Shown: positions 1-11,254 of the stretch, in pieces | How positions within the stretch are numbered: the first letter of the stretch is position 1 | Layout: each line of letters starts with the position of its first letter | Assembly: GCF_001194135.2 (NCBI RefSeq) | Contig: NC_069000.1 | Span: 6,932,899-6,996,898, forward strand | Direction: 5' to 3' | DNA length: 64,000 bases | Source of the DNA: Octopus bimaculoides | Lineage: Eukaryota | The notes under the pieces: model-generated | What the model saw: only the letters and a program-made list of their open reading frames with translations | Told to the model about the DNA's origin: nothing | The model's database searches: none | Translations under genes and position numbers: made by a program

Positions 1-112
1 GAGAGTTCCCTGTAAAATGAGTCATAAGGGAGAGTTCCCTGCAATGTGAGGAAGTCATTGGAGTGTCCTATAAATTGAGTCATCGAGGAGAGCTCCTTAT
101 AAAGCGAGTCTG
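1..112. repeat. Degenerate ~29-31 bp minisatellite, about 4 copies
   Basis: Units resembling gagagttccctgtaaaatgagtcataagg recur at about 1, 30, 60 and 88. Confidence 0.6.
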
Positions 113-991
113 TAACAGTTCTGATTCCCTGTTAAAGCCATTTCCCTTCACTTATGCTACTAACGCTTTAGGGGAGGGGCATGAGCACCATAACCTCTTA
201 CTCTACAATAATAAATTTGGGACTTTGTAGCTGGTCAAAAAGAATTAATAGATATCTTATATAGGTGGTATTTATTGACAATAGCAGTGTGAGGTCCTGA
301 TCAGATAGAACTTGATGCAGTTAGTTAATTCTTACCCAAACGACAGACACCAGCTCCAGTGTTCAAATCTGATCTCCCTATTATGTAGGGGAGAGATATC
401 TTTGGAGGCAAGGTGGACCTTTATGGCAGGTAACTCTACCACGTAAAAAAACTAGGTACTTTTTTCATGGCTTAGTTAGCACCTTTGACCTCCACATGGG
501 CCCTGGAGGAGATTAGGAAAGATAAGAGAAGGAAGGTTGTTGTAGGATGTAGCACAACAAGGCTTTAAGTTATCCTCAACCCAGAAACCTGTCCTGAATG
601 TTGGCCACAAGGTGGACTCCATTAAAGGAACTCAACGTCCTGTAGGACTTAAACAAGGGGACGGTAGACTCCACTAAAGGAACCCAATAGCCAGTGAGTG
701 GATAAGGTTAGATCTACCACATGATGACTGATAAATCAATACTCTCATCAAGTGAACCCTGTAAATGGGTGTGAGCTTGGTGGTGCCCTTAATACCAACC
801 ACTCAGGGTGAAACAGCCTCAATCAATTCAACTAAATAAAGTGAAAGAAAATATTTTAAATTGTCTCAGGGTCTTCAGTATTCTAGGCTCTTCTGACCAT
901 TATTTCATTTCGCCCCCTTTAATTTTCTTGAAAGGAATTTTCATTTGCTCCATAGGGTTTTTTCTCATTTACTTTTATCTACTCTGTGTAG

Positions 992-1093
992 ATGTTGAAA
1001 CCCCAGTGAAAAAGAAAGGACATAAAAAGAAGAAGAAGGAAAAGGAAGATCAAAATGAAAGTATTCTGCTTGTTGATGATTCTGAGATACCAA
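992..1093 (+). CDS. Internal exon of an unidentified gene, lysine-rich
   Basis: Pyrimidine tract + tgtgtag| acceptor and a|gtaagt donor; 102 nt, phase 1/1; DVETPVKKKGHKKKKKEKEDQNESILLVDDSEIP. Confidence 0.65.
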
Positions 1094-1379
1094 GTAAGTT
1101 GATGGACAGAGATGGAGGTGGAGTGGTTTACTAGATGGACAGTGTCCTGGAGAGGCTAGTTCTTAAAAATATTTGCATGGTTTGATCAGTTTGGTTGGGT
1201 TGAAGCAGCCAACATCCAGAGATACAAGCAAGATTTCTTGGTTGGTGGGAAAGGAGCAGCCAGTGACCAGACTGAAAGCATCTATAAGAAAAATGAGATG
1301 CAGAAGCAGAAATGAGATCTTGTCCTCTGATCACAGCTATTGTCATAATTGTTGCCATAACGATGTAATGAACAGTCTC

Positions 1380-1792
1380 CCACCACTGCTTGACAACCAG
1401 TGTTGGTGTGTTTACGCTCTCATAACTTAGCAGCTTGGCAAAATGAGACTGATAGAATAAGTATCAGGTTCAACCCTTTCGTTACCAACCTGGCTGAAAC
1501 CACTTCTGGCTCTGTAGTACAAATGTCTTGTTTTCATAAGTTTTGAATTAAAATCTTCCACTAAACCTTAGTCACAATTTATGTTCCTAACACTAGCTTA
1601 ATGATGACTAAGTTATTTTACTAAATTCTTTCTTATATTTAAAGTAAGTGAGAGAAACACAAAATAAATACAGTAACGAAAGGGTTAAAAGGAGTGTTAG
1701 TACTGGGGTCCATTCATTCAACTTAAATTCTTCAAAAATGTGCCCCAGCATGGCCGCAATCTAATGACTGGAATAAGTAAAAGAATAAAAGT
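1380..1792 (+). mobile_element. 3' half of tRNA/CORE-type SINE (family B, tail 1) interrupted by a MITE
   Basis: tgacaaccagtgttggtgtgtttacg...gatagaataagta[MITE]...cagcatggccgcaatctaatgactggaataagtaaaagaataaaag matches the tail of the copy at 43340-43688. Confidence 0.75.
1474..1684. mobile_element. piggyBac-type MITE
   Basis: Termini CCCTTTCGTTAC...GTAACGAAAGGG are perfect inverted repeats, flanked by tcaa (1470-1473) and ttaa (1685-1688), i.e. a decayed TTAA target duplication. Confidence 0.85.
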
Positions 1793-1874
1793 TAAAGGTA
1801 CCCAGAAAGCAAATCGGTCTTTTAGTCTTTGAATACTTTGAAATAACTCATGTTTTTTTTTTTTTGTAATTCAG

Positions 1875-1982
1875 GTGAATTATTAATAAATGATTATCAT
1901 CTTGCTGGAGACGGTGAACAGGCTTTCCAGAAAGTTTCTAAACATAAGAAAAAGAAAAAGAAACATAAAGAATCTTTTACAG
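1875..1982 (+). CDS. Next internal exon of the same lysine-rich gene
   Basis: Poly-T + aattcag| acceptor and g|gtaatt donor; 108 nt, phase 1/1, in frame with 992-1093; SELLINDYHLAGDGEQAFQKVSKHKKKKKKHKESFT. Confidence 0.65.
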
Positions 1983-2117
1983 GTAATTTTTTTTTTTTAA
2001 ACCTAATAAATAATCACATTGTCAAAATCTCAAAGCTTTGAGATAATGCATGATTAATTCAAGACAATGTGAATAAATAAGCCTTACATTTGATGAAGTA
2101 ATCTGAATACTAAAGGA

Positions 2118-2445
2118 TGACACTTGTGCCTGTGGCACGTAAACAAAGCATTCGAGTGAGGTCGTTGCCAGTGCCGCTGGACTGACTCCTGTGCAGGTGG
2201 CACATAAAAAACACCATTTGAGCATGGCCGTTGCCAGTACTGCCAGACCGGCTCTCGTGCCGGTGGCACGGAAAAGCACCCACTACACTCTCGGAGTGGT
2301 TGGCGTTAGGAAGGGCATCCAGCTGTAGAAACTCTGCCAGATCAGATTGGAGCCTGGTGCAGCCATCTGGTTCGCCAGTCCTCAGTCAAATTGTCCAACC
2401 CATGCTAGCACGGAAAGCGGACGTTAAACGACGACGACGACGAAG
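2118..2445 (+). mobile_element. RTE-LINE 3' end (5'-truncated copy, family A)
   Basis: Internal tandem gtggcacgtaaa units, ggcgttaggaagggcatccagctgtagaaac core, ends ggacgttaaa(cga)n. The same 3' end follows RT-coding sequence at 4745-5590. Other copies: 3205-3400(+), 7790-7910(-), 34285-34465(+), 35030-35150(+), 40931-41198(+), 45130-45360(-), 47390-47665(+), 54440-54600(+). Confidence 0.8.
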
Positions 2446-3678
2446 TATATAGTTGTAGTTACTCCCCTTGCTTTTTCGTTGGTTGAAATTGCTCAATAAG
2501 GTTTACCTCCCCTATATACAGATGCCGCGTCGATTAATTATTAATTTCCATTTTGTTTCCTGAAAACAAGGGAGAAAACTCTGTTTCACCTCTTGTTATC
2601 TCGGCTGATGTGTGTTAATGTTTCAAACCCAGTTGCTCTCAAACTAACTCTTCCTCCTCCTCCTCAAGTATATTAATGACCTTTTGCCTCTTCCTACTTC
2701 CTTTATTAACAAGAAAACAAAATAGAGATTATACTGTAGTGGGTGCGTTAATGCAGTGTTGTGAATAAACAAACATTTGAATCAGTTCAAATATGTTTCC
2801 GACATATTTGATGAAAAAGGCCATGTTCAATGTTAATTTGCCATAGAGAATCTTTCTCACTTTAGGCAAATAAGTTTTGCAAAACACGAACTGTCATTTC
2901 AAAGTGCCCCTTCTTGGTAGAACAAATGTTTCTGAAGTCATTTCAGGGTTGCCTCTTTTGCAGTGCTGATGATAGTCAAGGAGTGAGAAGCACATTCAGT
3001 ATTTCTGCCAATAGAAGGTGCTTTAAAATGTCTGTTAGTGTTTTCCAATACTTATTGCCTAAAGCAAAAAAGGTTCTCTGCAGAAAATGAACAATGAATA
3101 TGGCTTTTGTATAGGTCAAATATGTCCCAAATGTATCTGAACTGATGTAAAAGTTTGTTTAAAATAGATTGTATTCAAATACTTCTTCTCTGTTTGCCAA
3201 GTGTCATGCAAATGTCACCCGTGCCAGTGGCACATAAAAGCACCTATTGCACTTTCAGAATGGTTGGTGTTAGGAAGGGCATCCAGCCATAGAAACCATG
3301 CCAAAACAGACTGGTGTCTGGTGCAGCCTTCCAGCTTACCAGCCCTGGTCAAACTGTCCAACCTATGCCAGCATGAACAGCGACATTAAATGATGAGGAT
3401 TATACATATATATATATATATATATACACACACATACAGGATAGGCTAGAAGTCACACCAAAACATTTGACATTTTATTTACATTTCATTTTTGTTATTA
3501 CTCATTTTGCTCATCATATACAAGTACCCATCTATTCATCATTATTTTATTTATTTTATTCGAGTTTAGAAAAATTGAAGCATGTCTTTGACAATTCTGG
3601 AGCATATTGAATTTATTTTGTGTGTGACTTTTGGCCCACCCTTTACATATACAGACACACAGAGACATATATTTTCAC

Positions 3679-3713
<35 letters not shown>

Positions 3714-3766
3714 AATATATAAATGTTGTATTTATCAATTCAATGCTTCATGTCTCTGTCTTACAG

Positions 3767-3905
3767 AATAATAATCACAATTTACATGAGATCCTGGCTG
3801 TCCTGTATGGTAGACTCTGCTGCTGATACTTCTCTGCCTCCATTACCAAAACAGGAGAATTAACAGAGACAAAAGAAGCTACTGGTAGTCTTTGCATTGA
3901 ATAAA
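3767..3905 (+). other. Possible terminal exon/3' UTR of the lysine-rich gene
   Basis: Acceptor tctctgtcttacag|; a phase-1 join gives GAA TAA (Glu-stop); AATAAA at 3900-3905. No transcript evidence. Confidence 0.3.
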
Positions 3906-4744
3906 ACCTTTCTCAGAATGACCATGATGAAGGAATTTTACAGAAACTGTTTAGAGAGAAAAAAGGCCAAAATATGAATGTTAACTGAGTTTCTGATGTC
4001 TGTCATGTGACTGCATAGAGTTGCCAAAGACAACTTTTGGAGATTAAGTTTTCCGTTAATGACTGGAACTTTTTAATTACTATTCAGTTGGTGGTGGTGA
4101 GAATATTTTTAAAAAAACGTTTAAAAATTTTATTTTCAAAATTGACTTCCTTGTTGGTTTTTATTTAATTATTAATTTATTTACAGCTACTTGAATTGCA
4201 TTCTTTTTAATATCAGATATAATTTGGTGGATAGGGGGCACCAGACATTGTCATCTTTATCATCATCACGTATATGGATAACAATTCTACATAATTTAGA
4301 AATATGTTTTGAACTGTCAAACTAGCCAAACAATAGTTTTAGAACCCACGTATTATAGCATTTATGCGCTTTGAGATCCAGTTCTGAAAAAGAATTATTC
4401 CATGTTATAAATTTTGTGATGTCAACGACATACAATTCTTGCTGGTAAGAAAATAGTTTCCAAAATAGAGAACTTTGAAAGATTGTTTCGGTCCAATGGT
4501 AGAACGTCTGTCGTGTGTACAGGAGATGTGGATTCAAGTTCCATGGGCAATCTTCAACTTTTTCTCTCCATAAGGGTTTTTCTTCCCAATATTTATATGC
4601 TATTATTATATAAATCCCTTCAGGGAGATGGTAGAAACTCCATATGTTGTATCCAGTCCAAGCTTTGGTTGCATAAGAGGTGTAGTGGTATCACAGGAAG
4701 ATTAACAGAGAAAATAGTCTGTGTGTAGGGCAAATGTACACTAA

Positions 4745-5590
4745 AAATGCACAGAGAATAGAATTCCTCAAATGCTTGTAGAGATCCTTAGAAATAGTAG
4801 ACAGCTTCTGTTACCTAGTTGACCAAGATAGCAGTGGAGGAGAAAATTCTGAAAGCATAGTTGCTAAAATAAGAATGAACTACATAAAGTTCAGAGAGCT
4901 TCTATCTTTGTTGGTAACTAAGGGCCTCTCCCTCAGTATGAGAGGCAGAATGTATGATGCCTGTGTACATACAGCTACGCTACATAGCAGTGAAACATGG
5001 ACTAGTATGTTCCATTGGATGAGTAATATCAGTGTCCACATACAACAGGGTGTAAATGATTTAAGTGGAAAACTGAGTATAAAAGGCATTAGATGATGTG
5101 TGCAAGAGAGTAGACTGTGCTGATATGGTCATGTGATGCATACCAATGAGGGCAGCTGCATAAAGAAGTGCTGAGCTGTAACTGTGGAGGGAACCTGTTG
5201 AAGGGGTAGACCCAGGAAGATGTGGGACAAAATGGTGAGAAAGGATCTTTAAACACTGAGCTTCAGTGAGGAAAAGACAAGGGACTGGGAGTTGTGGCAA
5301 TTTGCTGTACTTCAAAAGATGTGTCAAGCTAATTAAAATCACTGTCGTCCATACATACAAATATGTCTTTTGCAGGTGCTGGTGCCACGTAAAGTGCTCT
5401 GTTGCTGGTGCTAAGTAAATGCACCTGTGCCAGGGACACGTGAAAAGGAAACCCAGCACACTCTGTAAAGTAGTTGGCATTAGGAAAGGCACCTAGCTGT
5501 AGAAACCATGCCAAAACAGACAGTTGTAGTGTGGACAGCTGCTGTCAAACCGTCCAACCCATGCAAGCATGGAAAACATGTTAAATAATG
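4745..5590 (+). mobile_element. Decayed RTE-clade LINE: ORF2 C-terminus plus 3' UTR
   Basis: LEIVDSFCYL...KFRELLSLLVTKGLSLSMRGRMYDACVHTATLHSSETW...GRPRK(M)WD are RTE RT C-terminal motifs, followed by the family A tail; stops and frameshifts present. Confidence 0.85.
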
Positions 5591-6174
5591 ATACATATAC
5601 GAACATAATCAGTTTTGAAGCCCTGTTAACCAAATTGTGATGAGTAATTGAAAGACATTTAAATAAGGGTGATCCATTCCAGGCAACACCCAAACTTCTC
5701 ATAAAGGCATAAAATGATGTTTTATTTGTCCATCCATCACTAACAAATACATTAATATATACATTTATTTATATATATATATATATGTATATATATATAC
5801 AGGTAGATTGTACAAGGCATATGTGCGAACTGCCATGCTTCATGGCTTCTATCTATTTATGGTTATGTTTTAGCAAAAAAAATATGGGAAATATTATTTT
5901 CTATATGAAATATGAAAATTAACAGGCTGCATGCAATGAATTAATGAACCATTTGTACAAATCTTTCACAGCCACTTATTTCAGATCAGTAAATGAATGG
6001 GCTCTCAGTGACTTACATGCGTGCATAATCTAACTGTGGTTAAGTGATCAAATTTCAGCTTGCTGTGCAAGTTTAATTTTCTTCCATAAAACTCTTAGTT
6101 ATTCAGTTTGTTCTTTTAAAGAACTGCTGGTATAATGATACCTCAATGTGTATGTGTATATATATATATATATA

Positions 6175-6382
6175 GTATTTAAACCGGCCATATCCAGCTG
6201 AAATATTCCACCTGTTTTTATGTTCAAACTGGCTGGATCTGGCCTCTCACACCTACCCTACAATATAATTTTAAAAAGAAACTGTCATATCCTCAAAATC
6301 TCAAAGCTATGAGATAATGCAAAAGAATGTGAATTAATGAGCATTACATTTAGTCAATCAATGTAATCCAAATGCTAATGGG
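6175..6382 (+). mobile_element. piggyBac-type MITE (family F)
   Basis: aaaccggccatatcc...ctcaaagctatgagataatgc...aatgctaatggg|ttaa. Fuller TTAA-flanked copies at 44700-44920(-), 46173-46384(+) and 49751-49911(+); fragments at 2010-2118 and 29680-29770. Confidence 0.7.
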
Positions 6383-6808
6383 TTAAAACATCTTAATTCA
6401 GCTCCATGTGACTTAGTTTCACAGGCTTCTAACAGTAATCTGAACCTGGATGAGTCAGGTTTCTATTAGAAACTTGCAAGTCACATGAAACTGAACCAAG
6501 TTGTTTTAAATAACACATGTAACTCCTACTAAATGTGTTCAGTGCATTTTTCTTTCATTTGTTTACTCACTCATCTCTCTATTTATCTATTATGTGGTAA
6601 TGCTTGAACAAGTAGGAAAGCACTTGATCAGCTAAGAGAGTGAAGATAAAACAAAAAAACCACAAACTTCTACCCATGGTTTCCTGGTCAAAAGACAGCT
6701 GACAAACAGTCTTGTTTTCAGCTTGATAAATTTACTACCAGAAAATCCTGGGTGGGTGTATTTACAAGATTTGGGGTGTTTATTTATAACATTATCTATC
6801 TATCTATG

Positions 6809-6891
<83 letters not shown>

Positions 6892-7014
6892 NNNNNNNNN
6901 NNNNNNNNNNNNNNNNNNNNNNNNNNNNNNNNNNNNNNNNNNNNNNNNNNNNNNNNNNNNNNNNNNNNNNNNNNNNNNNNNNNNNNNNNNNNNNNNNNNN
7001 NNNNNNNATATATG

Positions 7015-7048
<34 letters not shown>

Positions 7049-7049
7049 A
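6809..7049. repeat. (TC)n(TA)n microsatellite spanning gap 6892-7007
   Basis: Direct reading. Confidence 0.95.
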
Positions 7050-7059
7050 AGGGTAAGGA

Positions 7060-7378
7060 CCCCCTTCGGTCATAAATGACCGTGGGGTTGCACTTAAAAA
7101 GTTACCCTCTGAAGCACAAGTCCAAGCAAGGCTGTTTATGGAAGACCAGCAGTCACCCATGCATACCAGCCTCCCCACTCCATGCCACCAATGTTATCCA
7201 AGGGAAAAAGCAAAGGTCAGTACTTCTTGGCACCAGTGACATTGCAACTCATTTCTACAGATGAGTGAACTGGAGCAACATGAAATAAAGCGTCTTGCTC
7301 AAGACAGCCTTATTCAGGAATCAAACTCACAACTTCATGATTGTGAGCTCAACATTCTAACCACTGAGCCATGCGACT
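7060..7378 (-). mobile_element. tRNA-derived SINE with Meta-like central domain (family M)
   Basis: The minus strand has A box ggctcagtggtta, a B-box-like tttgattcc, then gtcttgagcaagacgctttatttcatgttgctccagttcactca. Related copies at 21238-21470(+), 30962-31115(-) and 35360-35670(-). Domain naming is from recall. Confidence 0.75.
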
Positions 7379-7619
7379 TTACACACACACACACACACAT
7401 ACGTACCTACATACATACATACATATATATATTTGTCAATGAAGTACATGAAAATTTACATTTGATACTCAGTACTTTACACCTGTGGCACTAATAAGCA
7501 AAAACCTAGGTGTAACATCAGTTTACCTTGAAAGATTTTAATGTAAATATTTCGTCAAATGTAAAATGCTCCACAAAACGATGAGGATTCTTCCAAATTT
7601 TCACTCAGTGATTTGAGAG

Positions 7620-7773
7620 GGAGTGGTTTAGCCAATTCATCAACCCCAGTAGTTGATTGTTACTTTATTTTATCAATTCCGAAAGGATAGAAGGCAACCC
7701 CAAAACATAGAGATGGAAGAAATGCTGCTAAGCATTTTGTCTTGTGTACTAACAATTCTGCCTGCTCACCACC
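7620..7773 (-). mobile_element. tRNA-derived SINE (family D)
   Basis: Head ggcagaattgttag...atgcttagc, core cctttcatcctttcggggtcgataaaataagtacc-like. Other copies at 33738-33925(-), 36690-36850(+), 42445-42642(+), 49218-49410(-), 55150-55362(+) and 61425-61530(-). Confidence 0.7.
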
Positions 7774-8049
7774 AATTTAAGTCATTATAATCATCATCGT
7801 CGTTGTTTAACGTCTACTTTCCATGCTAGCATGGGTTGGACGATTTGACTGAGGACTGGTGAAACCAGATGGCTACACCAGGCTCCAAATGATAACTCTT
7901 TCTAATTTTTGGTGCCAGGCCAGCAAATTTGNNNNNNNNNNNNNNNNNNNNNNNNNNNNNNNNNNNNNNNNNNNNNNNNNNNNNNNNNNNNNNNNNNNNN
8001 NNNNNNNNNNNNNNNNNNNNNNNNNNNNNNNNNNNNNNNNNNNNNNNNN

Positions 8050-9392
8050 GGGGGGGGGGAGCAAGTTGATTACATTAAAGACTTCAAGGAGTTTAACGGA
8101 TTATTGAAGAAAGAAGGTGATAGCCTAAGGCTAACGCCACCAAAAGAAACGGCAGAGAGAAAGACAATAACGTACCGGACATTAAATATAACAACAAAGA
8201 AAATTGAAATCGCTAATGTCAACGAGATAGAGGAATGCTGGAAAGAAATTAAAGACGTGATAACGTTTTTTAATAGAGGCAGAAAATACGGCACGGTGAA
8301 GGTACGCTTCGTTAATGAAAACGAAGCGAAAAAATACTCCACCGTAGCCTTAAAAATCATCGAAATGAGCACTCCTACCGACGTACTGCGGAAAGCGAGC
8401 GGCCCGAGTTCGAATCGGTAGGGTGTCACTTGAAATTGAGGAAGACTGGCTGGTAGCGGCAATTTTATACAATACGGAGGAAAACACGGAAATGCCAAAG
8501 ACAACGGAGGTCAACTAGTGGGGGTATGACCTGCAGGTCATACTCCATATCACCTTGCCAGACCTCCACAAGATTGCGGAGGAGATGGTCCTACCTGATG
8601 AAACCAGGCTAAGGTTAATGGTGGAGGGCAGGCCACCAGTATGTTACGGTTGCAGTATGAGGAGGCACATAAGAGCAAAGTGCTCTCAGAGACAAGAACA
8701 AGTAATAGAGGAATGGCCGGAAGAGGATATAGCAGTCACCGAAACTTAGAGAGAAGGAAAGGGTGAGTCACCACCCCGAAAGAAAAAGAAAAGAGAGAGA
8801 AAGAAGCAACAAAACGTCAAACGCTGGAACCAGAACCTTCCATAAGCAAAAATGAGGAGAAACAGTAAGAACGACCAGAAAGAAGAAGAGAGTCCGGGAA
8901 GATACCAACAGGAAAATATGAAAAAAGAATGGTTGTATATAAAAAGAAAGCATCGAGATAGAAAAACATGTAACAAAGATAAAAGGAATTATAAGAGTGA
9001 GAATGACAAACGAAAATACCATAGCAGTACTACTGGACGATGGAAAAGCGACAAAGATGAAAGACAGATTTGGACAGAGGATTGATTGGACAGCTATTAA
9101 AGTGCAATACGATGAGTTGCCACCTGTGATAGACTTTTCGGAATTGGATTATTTTGGGGAAGACTGAACAAGGTAAGTATAATTGCAATAAATCAATGAT
9201 AAATACTAAACTGCTAGAACGGCAAAACGGAACTTTCCACTTTGGTGGGTGGGAAGCCATTTCATCACCATTTAATTAATAATTCACAACTCATTCGTTT
9301 CATTTTATGATCCCCATGTGCGTCTTTGAATTGCCCCCTTTGTATCACTGTACACTCTGTATAACATGGCTTTTTTTTTTTGCCAATAATAA
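8050..9392 (+). mobile_element. ORF1-only non-LTR retroposon relic (HAL1-like), copy 1
   Basis: Frameshifted ORF with RRM-like RKYGTVKVRF, VRIGRV, VEGRPPVCYGCSMRRHIRAKC (CX2CX4HX4C), a basic/acidic tract and a C-terminal domain ending WEAISSPFN* near 9279. A short T-rich 3' UTR ends aataataaa. No EN or RT follows. The 5' end is hidden by gap 7932-8049. Confidence 0.7.
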
Positions 9393-9981
9393 AGGGATCG
9401 ACAGTGTTGAAAATGAATGGTCCCCGTGGAAGAAGAAAAAGATTTAGAAAGATATGGGATGTAGTGTTGAAGATGCTGAGGCTCACGAAAGAGATGACAA
9501 CTATGTCAATTGGCAACACTCTAGGGGGAAAAAATGTACTCTCTTGAGTCAGTATGGCATAAAAATAAAAAATAAAACGATGTGGGGAGTACAGTTGGCT
9601 TGGATACTCTCACCGAATCCATTCATCTTCTACTCCTCCTTTACTTCTCTTACCAGCCGCTGCTTTCATCCTCTTCTCCCCCACCCCACCTCTATCGTAC
9701 CTTCTACCATTCCTTTATGTCACAACTCACTCTGTTCCACACCCATCTCAATGGTACTCTCGAGTCTTCCTTTCTGCTGCTGCTCTTACACTCGCCCGCA
9801 CCTCTCTTCTCACTCTCCACGGCCTCAAAGATGCTTTCTTTGCATCACACCACTCTTTCCTCCCTACTTCTTTGGAACCTTCTTGCTTCTCTTTCTCTCC
9901 CACATTACCTCTGCTGTGTCCTATAGCCTCTCTCTCTCTCTTTCTCACGCACTACATTATTTTTTCTTTATTGCAGGCATA

Positions 9982-10876
9982 TAGGGCTTTCCTATAAGGT
10001 GTTATCCACCCCTGATTGGAACTCTCCCGTATTACATGTACGCATGCTCAGTGACTTGCTTTAACAGTTGCAATCAGCTGAATGCACATTGCCAGTGACA
10101 TTTGACATAATTACCCACACTTTGTGGTCAGGATTCTTTTTTTGGTTTGATGTCGGTATCGAAGGGATTACCAGACACCGGACAATACAGTGAGAGCAGC
10201 TTTCACTCACATCGTGGTATTCGATGCTGTGTACGTGTCTGTCATCGTAAAATATGCCACTCCTTAACTGTTGCTTTGATTTCATCCGTAGCANNNNNNN
10301 NNNNNNNNNNNNNNNNNNNNNNNNNNNNNNNNNNNNNNNNNNNNNNNNNNNNNNNNNNNNNNNNNNNNNNNNNNNNNNNNNNNNNNNNNNNNNNNNNNNN
10401 NNNNNNNNNNNNNNNNNNNNNNNNNNNNNNNNNNNNNNNNNNNNNNNNNNNNNNNNNNNNNNNNNNNNNNNNNNNNNNNNNNNNNNNNNNNNNNNNNNNN
10501 NNNNNNNNNNNNNNNNNNNNNNNNNNNNNNNNNNNNNNNNNNNNNNNNNNNNNNNNNNNNNNNNNNNNNNNNNNNNNNNNNNNNNNNNNNNNNNNNNNNN
10601 NNNNNNNNNNNNNNNNNNNNNNNNNNNNNNNNNNNNNNNNNNNNNNNNNNNNNNNNNNNNNNNNNNNNNNNNNNNNNNNNNNNNNNNNNNNNNNNNNNNN
10701 NNNNNNNNNNNNNNNNNNNNNNNNNNNNNNNNNNNNNNNNNNNNNNNNNNNNNNNNNNNNNNNNNNNNNNNNNNNNNNNNNNNNNNNNNNNNNNNNNNNN
10801 NNNNNNNNNNNNNNNNNNNNNNNNNNNNNNNNNNNNNNNNNNNNNNNNNNNNNNNNNNNNTTATAAGAAAGCCCTA
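9982..10876 (-). mobile_element. mariner-like DNA transposon, interior lost in gap 10294-10860
   Basis: TIRs tagggctttcctataa (9982-9997) and ttataagaaagcccta (10861-10876) match 15/16; TA on both sides. The minus-strand ATDEIKATVKEW resembles the mariner transposase C-terminus. Confidence 0.7.
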
Positions 10877-10884
10877 TAGCCAAA

Positions 10885-11240
10885 GAGTGGAGGCGCAATG
10901 GCCAGTGGTTAGGGCAGCGGACTCGCGGTTTCGATTCCCAGACCGGGCGTGGTGAGTGTTTATTGAGCGAAAACACCTAAAGCTCCACCAGGCTCCGGCA
11001 GGGGATGGTGGCGAACCCTGCTGTACTCTTTCACCACAACTTTCTCTCACTCTTACTTCCTGTTCCTGTTGTGCCTGTAATTCAAAGGGTCAACCTTGTG
11101 ACACTGTGTCACACTGAATATCCCCGAGAACTACGTTAAGGGTACACGTGCCTGTGGAGTGCTCAGCCACTTGCACGTTAATTTCATGAGCAGGCTGTTC
11201 CGTTGATCGGATCAACTGGAACCCTCGACGTCGTAAGAGA
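10885..11240 (+). mobile_element. Young tRNA-derived SINE (family C)
   Basis: A box ggccagtggttagg, B box ggtttcgattcc, CpGs retained. The tail gagaactacgttaagggtacacg...gatcaactggaaccctcg is shared with 35360-35530(-) and 41400-41525(+). Confidence 0.8.
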
Positions 11241-11254
11241 CAGACAACACAAAA

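Noticed and set aside
470-570. HDV-like ribozyme around acc-tccacat-ggg
   Set aside because: An L3-like loop is present, but no convincing P1 or P4 pairing.
2865-3096. Stop-free frame after a plausible acceptor
   Set aside because: Out of phase with the upstream exon (a phase-1 join hits a stop after 2 codons) and no recognisable motif.
9454-9984. 176-aa and 114-aa ORFs in pyrimidine-rich sequence (also 25010-25542, 55860-56159)
   Set aside because: C/T-rich low-complexity tracts are depleted of stop codons; no domain-like signal.
10885-10950. tRNA gene
   Set aside because: A and B boxes are present, but the anticodon/variable region is deleted, there is no T-run terminator, and it continues into a SINE body. 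The same applies to the other tRNA-like heads.
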